64,000 nt of DNA, from assembly GCA_963667035.1 (NCBI GenBank), contig OY762964.1, forward strand, positions 1,248,001-1,312,000, read 5' to 3'. Of the stretch, positions 46,282-57,100 are shown one piece after another. The DNA comes from Candidatus Cloacimonadales bacterium (GTDB taxonomy: Bacteria; Cloacimonadota; Cloacimonadia; Cloacimonadales; JAFGVF01). Both the position numbers and the translations under genes were made by a program. A model generated the notes under the pieces. The model was given only the letters and a program-made list of their open reading frames with translations, was not told the DNA's origin and searched no databases. Position 1 is the stretch's first letter; each line of letters opens with the position of its first letter.

Positions 46282-47787
46282 ATGAAGCGAAATCTTTTAT
46301 TGTTAATGTTTGTTACATTAATATTGATAGTAGGTGCAAAAGATTATGTGATCCCCTTATGGGAACTACCTGATATTTATTCAAAAACGAGCTTATCATA
46401 TCTGAAGTATAATAAAGAAGTTAAATTTAAGTTGATTAACAAGAAACAAGCAAAGACTTATAACCATGCCTTTACCTCCAAAAAAGCTTTTGATGAATCA
46501 TTAAACGAATACTTAGTTGGAACAACAACAGATAAAAGACTTTTAAGATATACAACACAAGATTCATACATTGATTTCAAAGTTGCCGGATTCATAGATA
46601 TAAGAGATGTAGAAAATGATACATATTACTTCACAGGTTGGGGTATGGATATTAAGGCAAACATAAACAATAAAATCCTACTCCACACTGATTGGTGGAA
46701 AGGACATTATTCAGGAGCAACTGAAATAGCTCTCAATGATTATATTGTAGACAGCTGGCACAATCACGATATAGGAGAAAAAAACATCTCCAATATTGAT
46801 AATCTAAAAGGAAGTCTAAGCTATGTTACTGATCATGCAACTGTTTCTGTAGGCAGAGGTGGTTTTGTAGTTGGAAACAATGTTAGTGGTAGTATTATAT
46901 TAAACAATAAGAGTGATGACTATGCCTACCTTAGTGCTAAATACACTATGGGAGATTTTAGCTATTCTGTAATGCAAGGTACCATAAACATAGATCCTTC
47001 TGATGCTGCATACGAGCTTGAAATCGTTGATAAATATATTTCGATGCATAAAATAGATTGGAAGTTTAACCACATTAAATTGTTCCTTGGAGAAGAAATT
47101 GTTTACGGAAATAGAAGTTTTGACAGTAACTATGTACTTCCTATAGGATTTTGGAGAATTAATGAACACTTGCAATATGATAGAGATAATGTACTTATTT
47201 TTGCAGGTGGTTCGTTTAAAGTTAATAAATCAGTACTTTACTCTAATATAGTTCTTGATGAGTTAAGGAAAAAAGAAATATTCGGTAATTGGTGGGGTAA
47301 TAAATGGGCGATTCAAGCCGGACTCTCTCATAACCTTAATATTGGAATGAAGAATGACATGACTGTAACAGGGGAACTCACCATAGTTCGTCCTTGGATA
47401 TATTCGCATAAATATTATTGGAACTATTTATCTCATTCAGGAGAAACATTAGGATATCCTAATGGATCAAATTTAATTAATTATTGTATAGAAATAAACT
47501 TACCAATTAATAGAGTTGGTTCTCTAGATATAAACTACAATTTAAATCGCCAAGGCAGTTTAGCGAATGACTATACATGGAATTATGCTGACAATGTTCC
47601 TGGAGATAGAGAAGACTACAAAACTTCTCTTTTACAAGGTCATATCACAAATACTTCTGAGTTGACTGCTGTTTACAGTTTGGAATACCTCTCACACCAC
47701 TTTGTTAAATTTGCTGTTAACTATAAGGTAGATAGTGATAATATTGAAGAAACAACATTATCCTGTAGTTATATGACAAGATTCTAG
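46282..47787 (+). CDS. Putative outer-membrane beta-barrel protein (Wzi-like)
   Basis: Signal peptide, RPWIYSH..LGYPNGSN motif, alternating beta pattern and C-terminal Phe; family assignment tentative. Confidence 0.55.
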   Translation: MKRNLLLLMFVTLILIVGAKDYVIPLWELPDIYSKTSLSYLKYNKEVKFKLINKKQAKTYNHAFTSKKAFDESLNEYLVGTTTDKRLLRYTTQDSYIDFKVAGFIDIRDVENDTYYFTGWGMDIKANINNKILLHTDWWKGHYSGATEIALNDYIVDSWHNHDIGEKNISNIDNLKGSLSYVTDHATVSVGRGGFVVGNNVSGSIILNNKSDDYAYLSAKYTMGDFSYSVMQGTINIDPSDAAYELEIVDKYISMHKIDWKFNHIKLFLGEEIVYGNRSFDSNYVLPIGFWRINEHLQYDRDNVLIFAGGSFKVNKSVLYSNIVLDELRKKEIFGNWWGNKWAIQAGLSHNLNIGMKNDMTVTGELTIVRPWIYSHKYYWNYLSHSGETLGYPNGSNLINYCIEINLPINRVGSLDINYNLNRQGSLANDYTWNYADNVPGDREDYKTSLLQGHITNTSELTAVYSLEYLSHHFVKFAVNYKVDSDNIEETTLSCSYMTRF

Positions 47788-47789
47788 TT

Positions 47790-48827
47790 ATGCTTGTTGT
47801 TTCATTGTTTGCCTTTATCTTAATTTTGCTCTCTTTTGCAATGTTGAGATGGTTTCCAAGACAGCATTTTGAAACACACAGTTTTTCAATTATAGTTGCG
47901 ATAAGAAATGAAGCAGATTTGATTATGGAATTTCTAACGTCACTCGAAAAGCTGGATTATGATGATGATAAATACGAAATAATCCTAGTAGATGATGCCT
48001 CTATAGATAGTACAGCTTTTATTATTGAAAAGTACATTGAAGATAAACCTCAGTATAAGCTAATCAAACTCAAAGAGAAAAGTTCTGAGTATCTAGGTAA
48101 AAAAGCAGCTCTTAAAGCTGGAGTTGAAGAGTCTCAAAATGATTTGCTAATATTTACTGATGCAGATACAACAATACCAAGAAACTGGCTAACTTCAATG
48201 AATACTTACTATACTGATAATACAGGTTTTGTGATTGGATACGTTAGAAAAAGAGATATCTCCAACATACCCAGATTTAAGAGACTTATGTCTGTTGGTA
48301 TTTTTGCATCTACAGCCGGATTAGGACTCCCCTTCAGTTGCTCGGGTGGAAACCTTTCAATAAGAAGAGAGACATTCAATGAAATAGGTGGATATGATTC
48401 AATAAAACATGAAGTAGCAGGCGACGATAAATTGCTATTGAAACTTGTTAACAAGACTAAATGGAAAGTCTCATACAATTCTGATATTAAAGTTCTTGAG
48501 AGTAACAGACAAGAATCTTTAGTAGATGGTATAAACAGAGAGAAACGACAAATGGGTAAATTTAGGATGTCCTCTCCCCTATACATGTTTGTTTCTTTGT
48601 TGACTCTCATTTTCTTTATCTGGCTTCCAATACAAGTTATACTATATAAATCTTGGTTATTGTTACTACCATATTCTATTGGAATGTTGTTTTTTTATAT
48701 TGCCAGTTGCATCAGGCATCGTGAAGAAATAAAAGTTACTGATTTAGTTCTAATTTATATACTACCATATCAAATGCTTTTATTTTCCGTATGGGGAGCA
48801 TTAACGGGGTTTAAATGGAAAAACTAA
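47790..48827 (+). CDS. Glycosyltransferase family 2, membrane-bound
   Basis: IIVAIRNE, VDDAS, GKKAAL, FTDAD and GDD motifs; flanking TM segments. Confidence 0.88.
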   Translation: MLVVSLFAFILILLSFAMLRWFPRQHFETHSFSIIVAIRNEADLIMEFLTSLEKLDYDDDKYEIILVDDASIDSTAFIIEKYIEDKPQYKLIKLKEKSSEYLGKKAALKAGVEESQNDLLIFTDADTTIPRNWLTSMNTYYTDNTGFVIGYVRKRDISNIPRFKRLMSVGIFASTAGLGLPFSCSGGNLSIRRETFNEIGGYDSIKHEVAGDDKLLLKLVNKTKWKVSYNSDIKVLESNRQESLVDGINREKRQMGKFRMSSPLYMFVSLLTLIFFIWLPIQVILYKSWLLLLPYSIGMLFFYIASCIRHREEIKVTDLVLIYILPYQMLLFSVWGALTGFKWKN

Positions 48828-49696
48828 CTAAAAGTAAGATAGTTTTCTTCCTTAAACTTGCATTGTCTGTTGTTATCTTACTTCTTATAATAAGAAGTTT
48901 GGACTTAAAAAATGTCTTCGTGAATATTAGCTCATATTCATTGAAAACTGTAATTGTAGTGTTAATAGTAGCCTTCATTAAACATGTAACTCAATATTAT
49001 AACTGGAAGAAATTTCTACAGATAAATCCTGATTTTAGCAGTAACGAGTGGGAAATTGTAAAATCATATTTAATTGGTTTAGCCTTAAGATTTGTAATGC
49101 CGGGTGGTTTGGCAACTTTTGGAAAGGTTTACTATGTAGAGAATACAAGTAAGAAAGATACTGCACTTTCAATCGGTTTAGAGAAAGTTTTCGGAACGTG
49201 GACAATTTGGTTGTTTGCAGGCTGGGCATCAATATTCTACTTCAAAAGCCTGTCATTAACTATACGCTTAATTATTGTTGTTGTAACATCGTTTTTCCCA
49301 ATTATCTTATATAATGTAATATCTAAAATTAGTAGACTTAACAAATACCTGGTATCATACAAAAGTAATATATCTAAAGTTATAATCAGCCAGTTAATCT
49401 ATGAAAGTTCAACTTTTATTCAATATTGGTTGCTAATTAACACTTTTGTTAGTATTTCGATTGCTAAAGTAGCATATAGTACTGCTTTAATCCTATTCTC
49501 AAACACTATACCTATTACTTTTAGTGGGTTAGGATTACGAGAATTGTTTGCTATAAATGTATTATCAAAATACGGAGTATCAAGTGAAATAGCCGTTGCC
49601 TCAGCTTTCTCAATTTTCTTATTTAATGATTTACTCCCTTCAATTTTAGGAGTCTACTTCATTCTTAAAGAGAAAAAATCAGATGATAATTCTTAG
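48815..49696 (+). CDS. Lysylphosphatidylglycerol synthase TM-domain (UPF0104 flippase-like) protein
   Basis: IPITFSGLGLRE motif; multiple TM segments. Confidence 0.8.
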   Translation: MEKLTKSKIVFFLKLALSVVILLLIIRSLDLKNVFVNISSYSLKTVIVVLIVAFIKHVTQYYNWKKFLQINPDFSSNEWEIVKSYLIGLALRFVMPGGLATFGKVYYVENTSKKDTALSIGLEKVFGTWTIWLFAGWASIFYFKSLSLTIRLIIVVVTSFFPIILYNVISKISRLNKYLVSYKSNISKVIISQLIYESSTFIQYWLLINTFVSISIAKVAYSTALILFSNTIPITFSGLGLRELFAINVLSKYGVSSEIAVASAFSIFLFNDLLPSILGVYFILKEKKSDDNS

Positions 49697-49832
49697 GTTT
49701 TCAAGTGTTAATCGGATTTATCAATATTAACTAATGCCCATTAATAATTAACAAGCGAAAAGAAAAATCTTTACAATATTAATTCTATGTTCAGAATAGA
49801 CAAAGGTAGAAAAAAGTAAAGGTGGAGAATCT

Positions 49833-50363
49833 ATGTTAAAGAAAAGTATTTTAATCCTTATTGTAAGTGTATTGTTAACGACTTTGACGGCTGTTGAGTA
49901 TTCGAATGAAAAAGTGAAGCAGTATATGGGACTTAATATCAGTGACATCTGCGGAAGTGGACTTATTTATAGATTAAGTGGTACTCCATTAGGACTGGGA
50001 ATTATTCTTGGTGGAGCAGCAGATGGAGAAGAAGGAGCTAAGTTTGATTCATATTTTAACGGTGGTGCAATGGCTACTTATAAGTTAAAAGACTTTACTA
50101 AGAGTACCTTCTTCTATTTTCTAGGCGGTTCCTACCATTACAGAGAAAACCGTCATGAGATAGAACCGTTAGAATTAGAAATAAACGGAAAAGATTACAC
50201 AACAGATGTTAAAGAAGAGTACTATTATGGTATGGGGTTGGGATTTGATTTGTTTCTTAATGAATGGGGAGTGTTTTCAATACAGTGGCCTTTAACATTT
50301 AGGGATGATGGTTATATTAGCATGTATGTACCAATGGCATCACTGATGATAAGGTTTAAATAG
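49833..50363 (+). CDS. Hypothetical exported, probable small beta-barrel protein
   Basis: Signal peptide; Gly/aromatic beta-strand pattern; SD GGAG; terminator at 50399-50424. Confidence 0.65.
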   Translation: MLKKSILILIVSVLLTTLTAVEYSNEKVKQYMGLNISDICGSGLIYRLSGTPLGLGIILGGAADGEEGAKFDSYFNGGAMATYKLKDFTKSTFFYFLGGSYHYRENRHEIEPLELEINGKDYTTDVKEEYYYGMGLGFDLFLNEWGVFSIQWPLTFRDDGYISMYVPMASLMIRFK

Positions 50364-50533
50364 TAGAGTAACTAGTTAACAGTAATTGTTTATTATATAA
50401 GTCTGTAGAAATACAGACTTTTTTCTATTAACTAATCATAATCTCAGCTTAATGCTATAAAGTCAATAGCATAAATGAATTGACATAGAGTGAGTCGTCT
50501 TCTTTTTTGCAACATGATTTCAGAGGAGGAAAT

Positions 50534-52897
50534 GTGGCTTTAACAATAAATCCTGAAAAGATAGATATTGAACATTTTGAAAATAGACAATATAATGTAG
50601 TCCCATTGAGGCGCATGCTTATTGCACCAAGAATTATAGCTCCCGTGTTAGTAGGAAGAGAGATTTCTAAAGAAGCAGTTGAACAGGCTCTGGTTTTTGA
50701 TAAATTGATTTTCTGCGTCACTCAGCGTGATGGAGATGAATCAGATGATAATCCGGTTGCTAAACAGCTATATAGATCCGGAACTGTATGTCAGATCTTA
50801 CAAAGCTTCAGACTACCGGATGGTAACATAAGACTTTTAGTTGAAGGCTTATATAGAGCAGAAGTCGTACGTTTCATTAATGCGAAGAAGGTTATGAAAG
50901 CTAACCTCATTCGAAGTGATATTGAACTCAACATGGACAGTGTTGAGTTAACTGCTTATCAACGAAACCTAAGGTCGCTGTTTGGTGAGTATATCACTCT
51001 AAACAACTCACTTCCGGAAGAGATGCTCCAATCTCTTGATGAATTGAATGACCCGATTGAGATATTTTATTTTATTCTTACATATTTCAATGTTGATATT
51101 CATGCCAAACAGCATGTCTTTAATAATAATAATATTAGAGAGGGATTAGCAGAACTATTAAGAATGATGAATCAAGAAATTGAAGTTAGTAAACTTGAGC
51201 ATCGAATCGAAGGAAGAGTTAAGAAAACACTAAATAAGATGCAAAGAGAATACTACTTGAATGAGCAACTCAAGATTATTCATAAAGAACTAGGGATAAC
51301 GGAAGAGGATGATTCTAATCTTTTAAAGATAAAAGAAAAAGCAGATTCTCTTAACTTAAGTCCAATTGCTAAGAAAAGGTTTGATGAAGAGTTAAAGAGA
51401 TTACAACGTATGGCTCCTCAATCTCAAGAATACGGAGTTGTTTTGAATTATATAAATTGGATTCTGGATTTGCCATGGAACATGAAAGATACAGATTCAA
51501 TTGATATCAAAAAGGCAAAAGAGATTTTAGATACAGATCACTATGGACTTGAAAAAGTTAAAGAGCGAATTCTAGAATTTATTTCTGTCATCAAGCTTTC
51601 CAAGAAAACAAAAGGTCAGATTATTTGTTTCGTAGGACCTCCCGGAGTTGGTAAAACTTCTCTTGGTCGATCTATTGCTAGAGCTCTTACTCGTGATTTT
51701 GTTAGGATATCGCTGGGAGGAGTCAGAGATGAAGCTGAGATTAGAGGACATAGAAGAACTTATATTGGTGCTATTCCTGGAATTATCATCCAGAGCATGA
51801 AGAAAGCCGGCTCAATGAATCCTCTGATTATGATGGATGAGATAGATAAAATGAGCATGGACTTCAGGGGTGATCCTGCTTCTGCTTTACTTGAAGTACT
51901 TGATCCGGAACAAAATAATGATTTCAGAGACCACTACCTTGATTTTGGTTATGACCTTTCTAAAGTGATGTTTATAACTACTGCCAATAGCCTTGCCGGT
52001 ATACCTGCTCCATTAATGGATCGTATGGAATTGATTAGAATCCCCGGTTATACCCAGTTTGAAAAACTTAATATTGCTAAAAGACACCTCATCCCTAAAC
52101 AGATAGAAGAACACAATATAGGTGAAAAAGTTTCAATATCAATACCTGACAAACAGATTAGTAGAATAATCTCAGACTATACTAGAGAAGCAGGTGTAAG
52201 AGAACTGGAAAGAAAATTTGCCCAAATAACAAGAAAAATAGTTAGAAAATATGTAGAAGGTGATCTTAAAAAGAAGATAACTCTCAATGATAAACTGTTA
52301 AAAGATTTTCTTGGTATTCCAACTCACTCATCATCTTTAGCAAATACCAAGGATAGAGTAGGAATCGTAACGGGACTTGCATGGACTTCTGTCGGTGGTG
52401 AAACCCTTCAAATAGAAGTTGTGACAATGCCAGGAACAGGCAGAGTAAAACTTACAGGTAAACTCGGTGACGTCATGAAAGAATCTGCAATGGCTGCTTT
52501 AAGTTATGCAAGACTTCATGCAAAGAAATATGGTATAGAAGCTGATTTTTATAAGAGAAAAGACTTACATCTTCATATTCCGGAAGGAGCAATTCCAAAA
52601 GATGGACCTTCTGCTGGTGTAACAATAGCAACAGCTTTTATCTCCATTTTAAGTGGTAATAAAGTTAGGCATGATGTAGCTATGACAGGAGAGATAACCT
52701 TATCAGGACAGGTTCTGGCTATTGGAGGACTACCTGAAAAGCTCATTGCCGCTAAGAGACAAGGTATTACAAATGTGATTATTCCAGAAAAAAACAAGAT
52801 TCATCTTGAAGAGATTCCTGAAGAAATCAAGAAAGATATGAATATTATATTTGCAACCAAAATTGAAGATGTGCTTAAGGAAGCACTATGTAAATAA
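50534..52897 (+). CDS. lon: ATP-dependent Lon protease
   Basis: GPPGVGKT, GHRRTYIG, DEIDK and PKDGPSAG; probable GTG start after GGAGG. Confidence 0.96.
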   Translation: MALTINPEKIDIEHFENRQYNVVPLRRMLIAPRIIAPVLVGREISKEAVEQALVFDKLIFCVTQRDGDESDDNPVAKQLYRSGTVCQILQSFRLPDGNIRLLVEGLYRAEVVRFINAKKVMKANLIRSDIELNMDSVELTAYQRNLRSLFGEYITLNNSLPEEMLQSLDELNDPIEIFYFILTYFNVDIHAKQHVFNNNNIREGLAELLRMMNQEIEVSKLEHRIEGRVKKTLNKMQREYYLNEQLKIIHKELGITEEDDSNLLKIKEKADSLNLSPIAKKRFDEELKRLQRMAPQSQEYGVVLNYINWILDLPWNMKDTDSIDIKKAKEILDTDHYGLEKVKERILEFISVIKLSKKTKGQIICFVGPPGVGKTSLGRSIARALTRDFVRISLGGVRDEAEIRGHRRTYIGAIPGIIIQSMKKAGSMNPLIMMDEIDKMSMDFRGDPASALLEVLDPEQNNDFRDHYLDFGYDLSKVMFITTANSLAGIPAPLMDRMELIRIPGYTQFEKLNIAKRHLIPKQIEEHNIGEKVSISIPDKQISRIISDYTREAGVRELERKFAQITRKIVRKYVEGDLKKKITLNDKLLKDFLGIPTHSSSLANTKDRVGIVTGLAWTSVGGETLQIEVVTMPGTGRVKLTGKLGDVMKESAMAALSYARLHAKKYGIEADFYKRKDLHLHIPEGAIPKDGPSAGVTIATAFISILSGNKVRHDVAMTGEITLSGQVLAIGGLPEKLIAAKRQGITNVIIPEKNKIHLEEIPEEIKKDMNIIFATKIEDVLKEALCK

Positions 52898-53148
52898 TGA
52901 AGTTTAAGATAATTACTCGTACAGTTAATACTGATAACTCAGTTGAGTTAGTCCTTTTCACTCCAAAAGAGGAAGTAATTGTACTGGGATACATTCTTGA
53001 ATCTTTTGAAGGATGGTTTAATTACTCTACAATTGACCAGAGAAAGCAACTCTTCAGAGTCAATATAATGAAGGATTTTGTAAGTAATGCAGATGAGATT
53101 TTAAGCTTTCTAAAAAGCTGGTCACCACCCAAACGTAATTTCTATTAG
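52897..53148 (+). CDS. Small hypothetical protein (DUF4911-like)
   Basis: Coupled to lon (TAATG); YILESFEG motif. Confidence 0.6.
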   Translation: MKFKIITRTVNTDNSVELVLFTPKEEVIVLGYILESFEGWFNYSTIDQRKQLFRVNIMKDFVSNADEILSFLKSWSPPKRNFY

Positions 53149-53156
53149 AAAAGGCT

Positions 53157-54050
53157 ATGATAATGGATATAGACATTAAAAATTATAAATGTGGTTATGT
53201 TGCTATTATAGGCAAGCCAAATGTTGGAAAATCGACTTTACTCAATGCCTTGATAGGTGAAAAGCTATCAATTACAACACCCAAGCCACAAACAACAAGA
53301 CAATCTATTAAAGGCATATTTTCAGATGAGAAGAGACAAATTGTATTTGTTGATACCCCTGGATTTGTTGAGCCTAGATATGAGCTTCATACAAGGATGA
53401 GAAATATTATTTCGGATTCATTGAAAGATGCCGATATAGTACTGTTTATGACAGATATAAGAGACTTCCCAACTGACTATGATAATCAAGTTATTGAAAA
53501 AGCCGGTAAAGTAAGAGTACCAAGAGTTGCTGTTCTTAATAAGATAGATTTAACCTCAATTGAGGACTTTGAACAGAAGAAGAAACTTCTAGAAGATAAG
53601 TTTGATTATGTCTTTGGAGTTTCAGCTTTGAATGGAACAAATAACGATTTACTTATGCAGAAATTAACTGATTTACTACCATATAGCCCCCCCTTTTACG
53701 ATCCTGAAAATCTTTCTGACCTTCCTATGCGTTTCTTTGCTCAGGAGATGATTAGGGAAAAGATTTTTCTAATCTTTGATAAGGAAATACCATATTCCAC
53801 TGCCGTGCTTGTTGATAGATATAAAGAAGAACCTGATGCAACCAATATAGATGCAACTATATGGATTGAAAGAGAAAGTCAGAAACCAATAATTATTGGA
53901 GCCAAAGGAAGTGGTTTAAAAAAAATACGCATGGCTGTCGAAAAAGAGTTAAGCGAAATGTTACAAACTAAAGTCATGGTACATTTGTGGGTTAAAGTGA
54001 AAAAGTCATGGAGAAAGAATAATCTCTATCTGAAAGAATTAGGTTTTTAA
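53157..54050 (+). CDS. era: GTPase Era
   Basis: GKPNVGKST, PQTTR, DTPG, NKID and KH domain IIIGAKG. Confidence 0.96.
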   Translation: MIMDIDIKNYKCGYVAIIGKPNVGKSTLLNALIGEKLSITTPKPQTTRQSIKGIFSDEKRQIVFVDTPGFVEPRYELHTRMRNIISDSLKDADIVLFMTDIRDFPTDYDNQVIEKAGKVRVPRVAVLNKIDLTSIEDFEQKKKLLEDKFDYVFGVSALNGTNNDLLMQKLTDLLPYSPPFYDPENLSDLPMRFFAQEMIREKIFLIFDKEIPYSTAVLVDRYKEEPDATNIDATIWIERESQKPIIIGAKGSGLKKIRMAVEKELSEMLQTKVMVHLWVKVKKSWRKNNLYLKELGF

Positions 54051-54067
54051 CTATTTAGATTTACACC

Positions 54068-54123
54068 AAGGGTTGAAAATCAGCCCTTTTAAATATTAAA
54101 AGGCTACCATCAAGGTAGCCTTT
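54068..54123. terminator. Two back-to-back terminators for convergent genes
   Basis: AAGGGTTGA..TCAGCCCTTTT (54068-54090) and AAAGGCTACC..GGTAGCCTTT (54098-54123). Confidence 0.8.
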
Positions 54124-54145
54124 ATAGTATTTACTATAACTCTAA

Positions 54146-57100
54146 TTACTTAATTAGAATCATCTTTCTTGTTTTAGTATATGTACCAGCTTGAAGTTTA
54201 TAGAGGTATATACCGCTTGCAACTCCATTACCTTCATTATCTGTTCCATTCCAAACAAAAGTCTGTCTTCCTGCTGGGAATTTTCCATTAGCAATAGTAG
54301 CGACATGTTGACCGCGTTGATTGTAAATATCTAAACGAGCAGCACCTGGCTTTGCCATGTTAAAACCAATCGTTGTAGTAGGATTGAAAGGATTAGGATA
54401 GTTATTCAAGAGAGTAGTTCCTATAACCTCAGGATTAACATCTTCATCATTACTTACAAAAGTATCTGGAGCACTAGTTGTAAATTTAACGGCTAAACCT
54501 GCAGTTAGTTCTGATGCTGAAGCAGGATAGCTATTTGCAAAAGAGTAAGTTAAACCGTCTGTTTGAGTATGATTTTCAATACCAACCGTTGAGTAATTAC
54601 TAAGAGTATTCACTGCCGGATTATCAACAGTATGATACATTACAACCAGCTCACCATCATTATCAGCTTGAGGATAAAGTATCAACTGGAACTTTTCAAG
54701 TGAAGGGTTTTCATAAGTTAAAGTATATCTATTATAAGCATCATTCCATTCAATGATAAATCTGTTGTTAGCAACATCATGCCATGTAACAAGTCTCATA
54801 TCATTGAATACATCTGTTTCTATCTGAGTACCCTTAAGGTCTTCCCAATAAGGAGCGACCATAGCGTAAGGTCCTAATGGAGATGGAATGTAAAGATTAT
54901 CAAAGTTACTCATCCATGTTTGAATAAATGAAATCCAGCCGTTTGAGCAAGCAGTAATACTATTATAATCAACGCCATAATATCTGAATGTGAAAGGTAA
55001 ATCCATGTCAATTGATTCATCATCAGTGATTTCATGAACTGTTCCTTGTCCACCGTCTCTAGGGTCAATTTCTATCCATTCATATGTAGGAGCCTGTTCC
55101 CAATCTGTATCATTACTGTCATATGCATAATAACCATAAGCATCTGGTCCTGTCGGGGCTGTATTATCTACAGTACCTGCTGTTATGCTGAAATGAGAAG
55201 TTGTCTCATAACCATTGTCATCAGTTGTAACGAAAGCAAAAGGTAAAGAACGGCCTCTGAAGCATGCTGAATTGACATTAACATTAAAGCTAACCTGTGT
55301 AGATTCTCCTGATGCAAGAGCAAAATTATCAATGATATTACTTGAAATTGTTGCAGCATCACATAGACTTCTTACATCAATCTCACCGTCTACATTTGAA
55401 ACTCCTATATTAGTAACACTAACTGTAACATTAGATTCACTACCTATACTTACCGTTGAGGTTACAGGTGTTACAGTTAAAGCATGTCCACCTATTTTGT
55501 AAGAGAATTTCTCAACGTTATTAGTTGGAGCTATTGCCAAATCCATTTCAATTACATTATGTGGTAAAATAGCTCCGCTTAATTCAACGGTAAATGTTGC
55601 TGTAGTTTCTGCTCCGGAAGTTAAAGTTCCTACATTAACCGCACTTGAGATTGAACTAACTTCGTCGTTTGTACTACTTAAAGTTGCTGTAACATTATCA
55701 TAGCTATTAGCACTTAAGTTCTTAAGGGCAAACGTAACTTCCATTGGTTCACCGGCAATGAGATATTCACTGTTATTAATTGAATTACCGATTACTGTAA
55801 TGTTATCAGTTGATTCACTAACTAAAACTGTTTTCTTTAATGGAACCCAATTTTTTTTGCTGATAGTTACTGTCAAATCACCATCGGTAACTGTATCTAT
55901 AGGCAGAATAGCTCTACCATTAATTACTTTTGCATATGTGAAATTGATACCATCTTTTGTTCCGGTAACAACAGCTCCATCTAAACCTGGATAATCAATT
56001 ACAATTGAAGAAGTCGCTCTATCAATCTCGCTAGGTAGATTATCAGCAATTGCTTGAGGAATTCCATACCATATTCTTAAAGAAGGATCGGATAATATTG
56101 CATAAATATGGTTATAGAAAGGTACATAACCTCCTGTTTGTCTCTCAAGCGGGAAGTTCTTATAAATTTCTACTTTACCTGCTAAAACAGCTGCGCCAAA
56201 AGATCTTTCACCTTTGTTGCAAATAGCATCAACTATTCCTGTCGAAAACGAATTATTAAGAGCTGTTCTTGTGTGTAAATCAGAAGGACCGACAAAAGCT
56301 ACACAGCCATTAGGAACTGTTGGTTGTCCAAGATGCATCCAGTATTCACCGAAACATTCAACATGTGTTGCATTAGCAAAGTCACCTGTGTTACAAACTA
56401 TCGATAAAACGATTGGCATTTTAGGTCCATTATTCAAGTTACCGAAATCATCTTTATGGAAACGTGGATAGTGCCACCCTGTAGCATCTCCCCAACCTCT
56501 ATATATCACATAGCTTCTACCGTTAGCTAAATATTGTCTAATCAAAGAGGCCGCTAATTCATGTGGTGGATAATAAACTTTATCTACAGTAAATCCATCT
56601 CGTTCAAATAATTCTGCAAAGAAGTCACAAGTCAATGTTGGAGTACTAGGTTGCAATCCACCTTCTGCATAGTTACCTGCAACCATCAATGCTTTGTTTA
56701 ACCAAGAAGGGTCACCCAAGAAAGGATTTGATTCGTACATTACAGTTTTGTTAACCATTGTCAAAAGCTGACCAATATCATTAAAGGACATTCTTCCTAC
56801 AATCATTTCTGGCATACTATCGTTACCTTCAATCATTGTATAATAGTTATCATCAGCATCATTTTCTTGTCCGTCGGGTGATCCAAAGAAGTTTGTAGGT
56901 ATATGAAATTCTTCGCCTACTGTATCTCCAAAGATAATCAAGTATTCAGGATGATGTTCATTATAATAGTTTTCAACATAAGCATCTATCGCAGTCAATG
57001 TATTACCGCCACATTCATCAGTATCGGCGAAATGAACATTGAAACCTAGAGATCTTTTCCAATTAATGAATGATGTTAAGTAATTTTCAATACCGGGACG

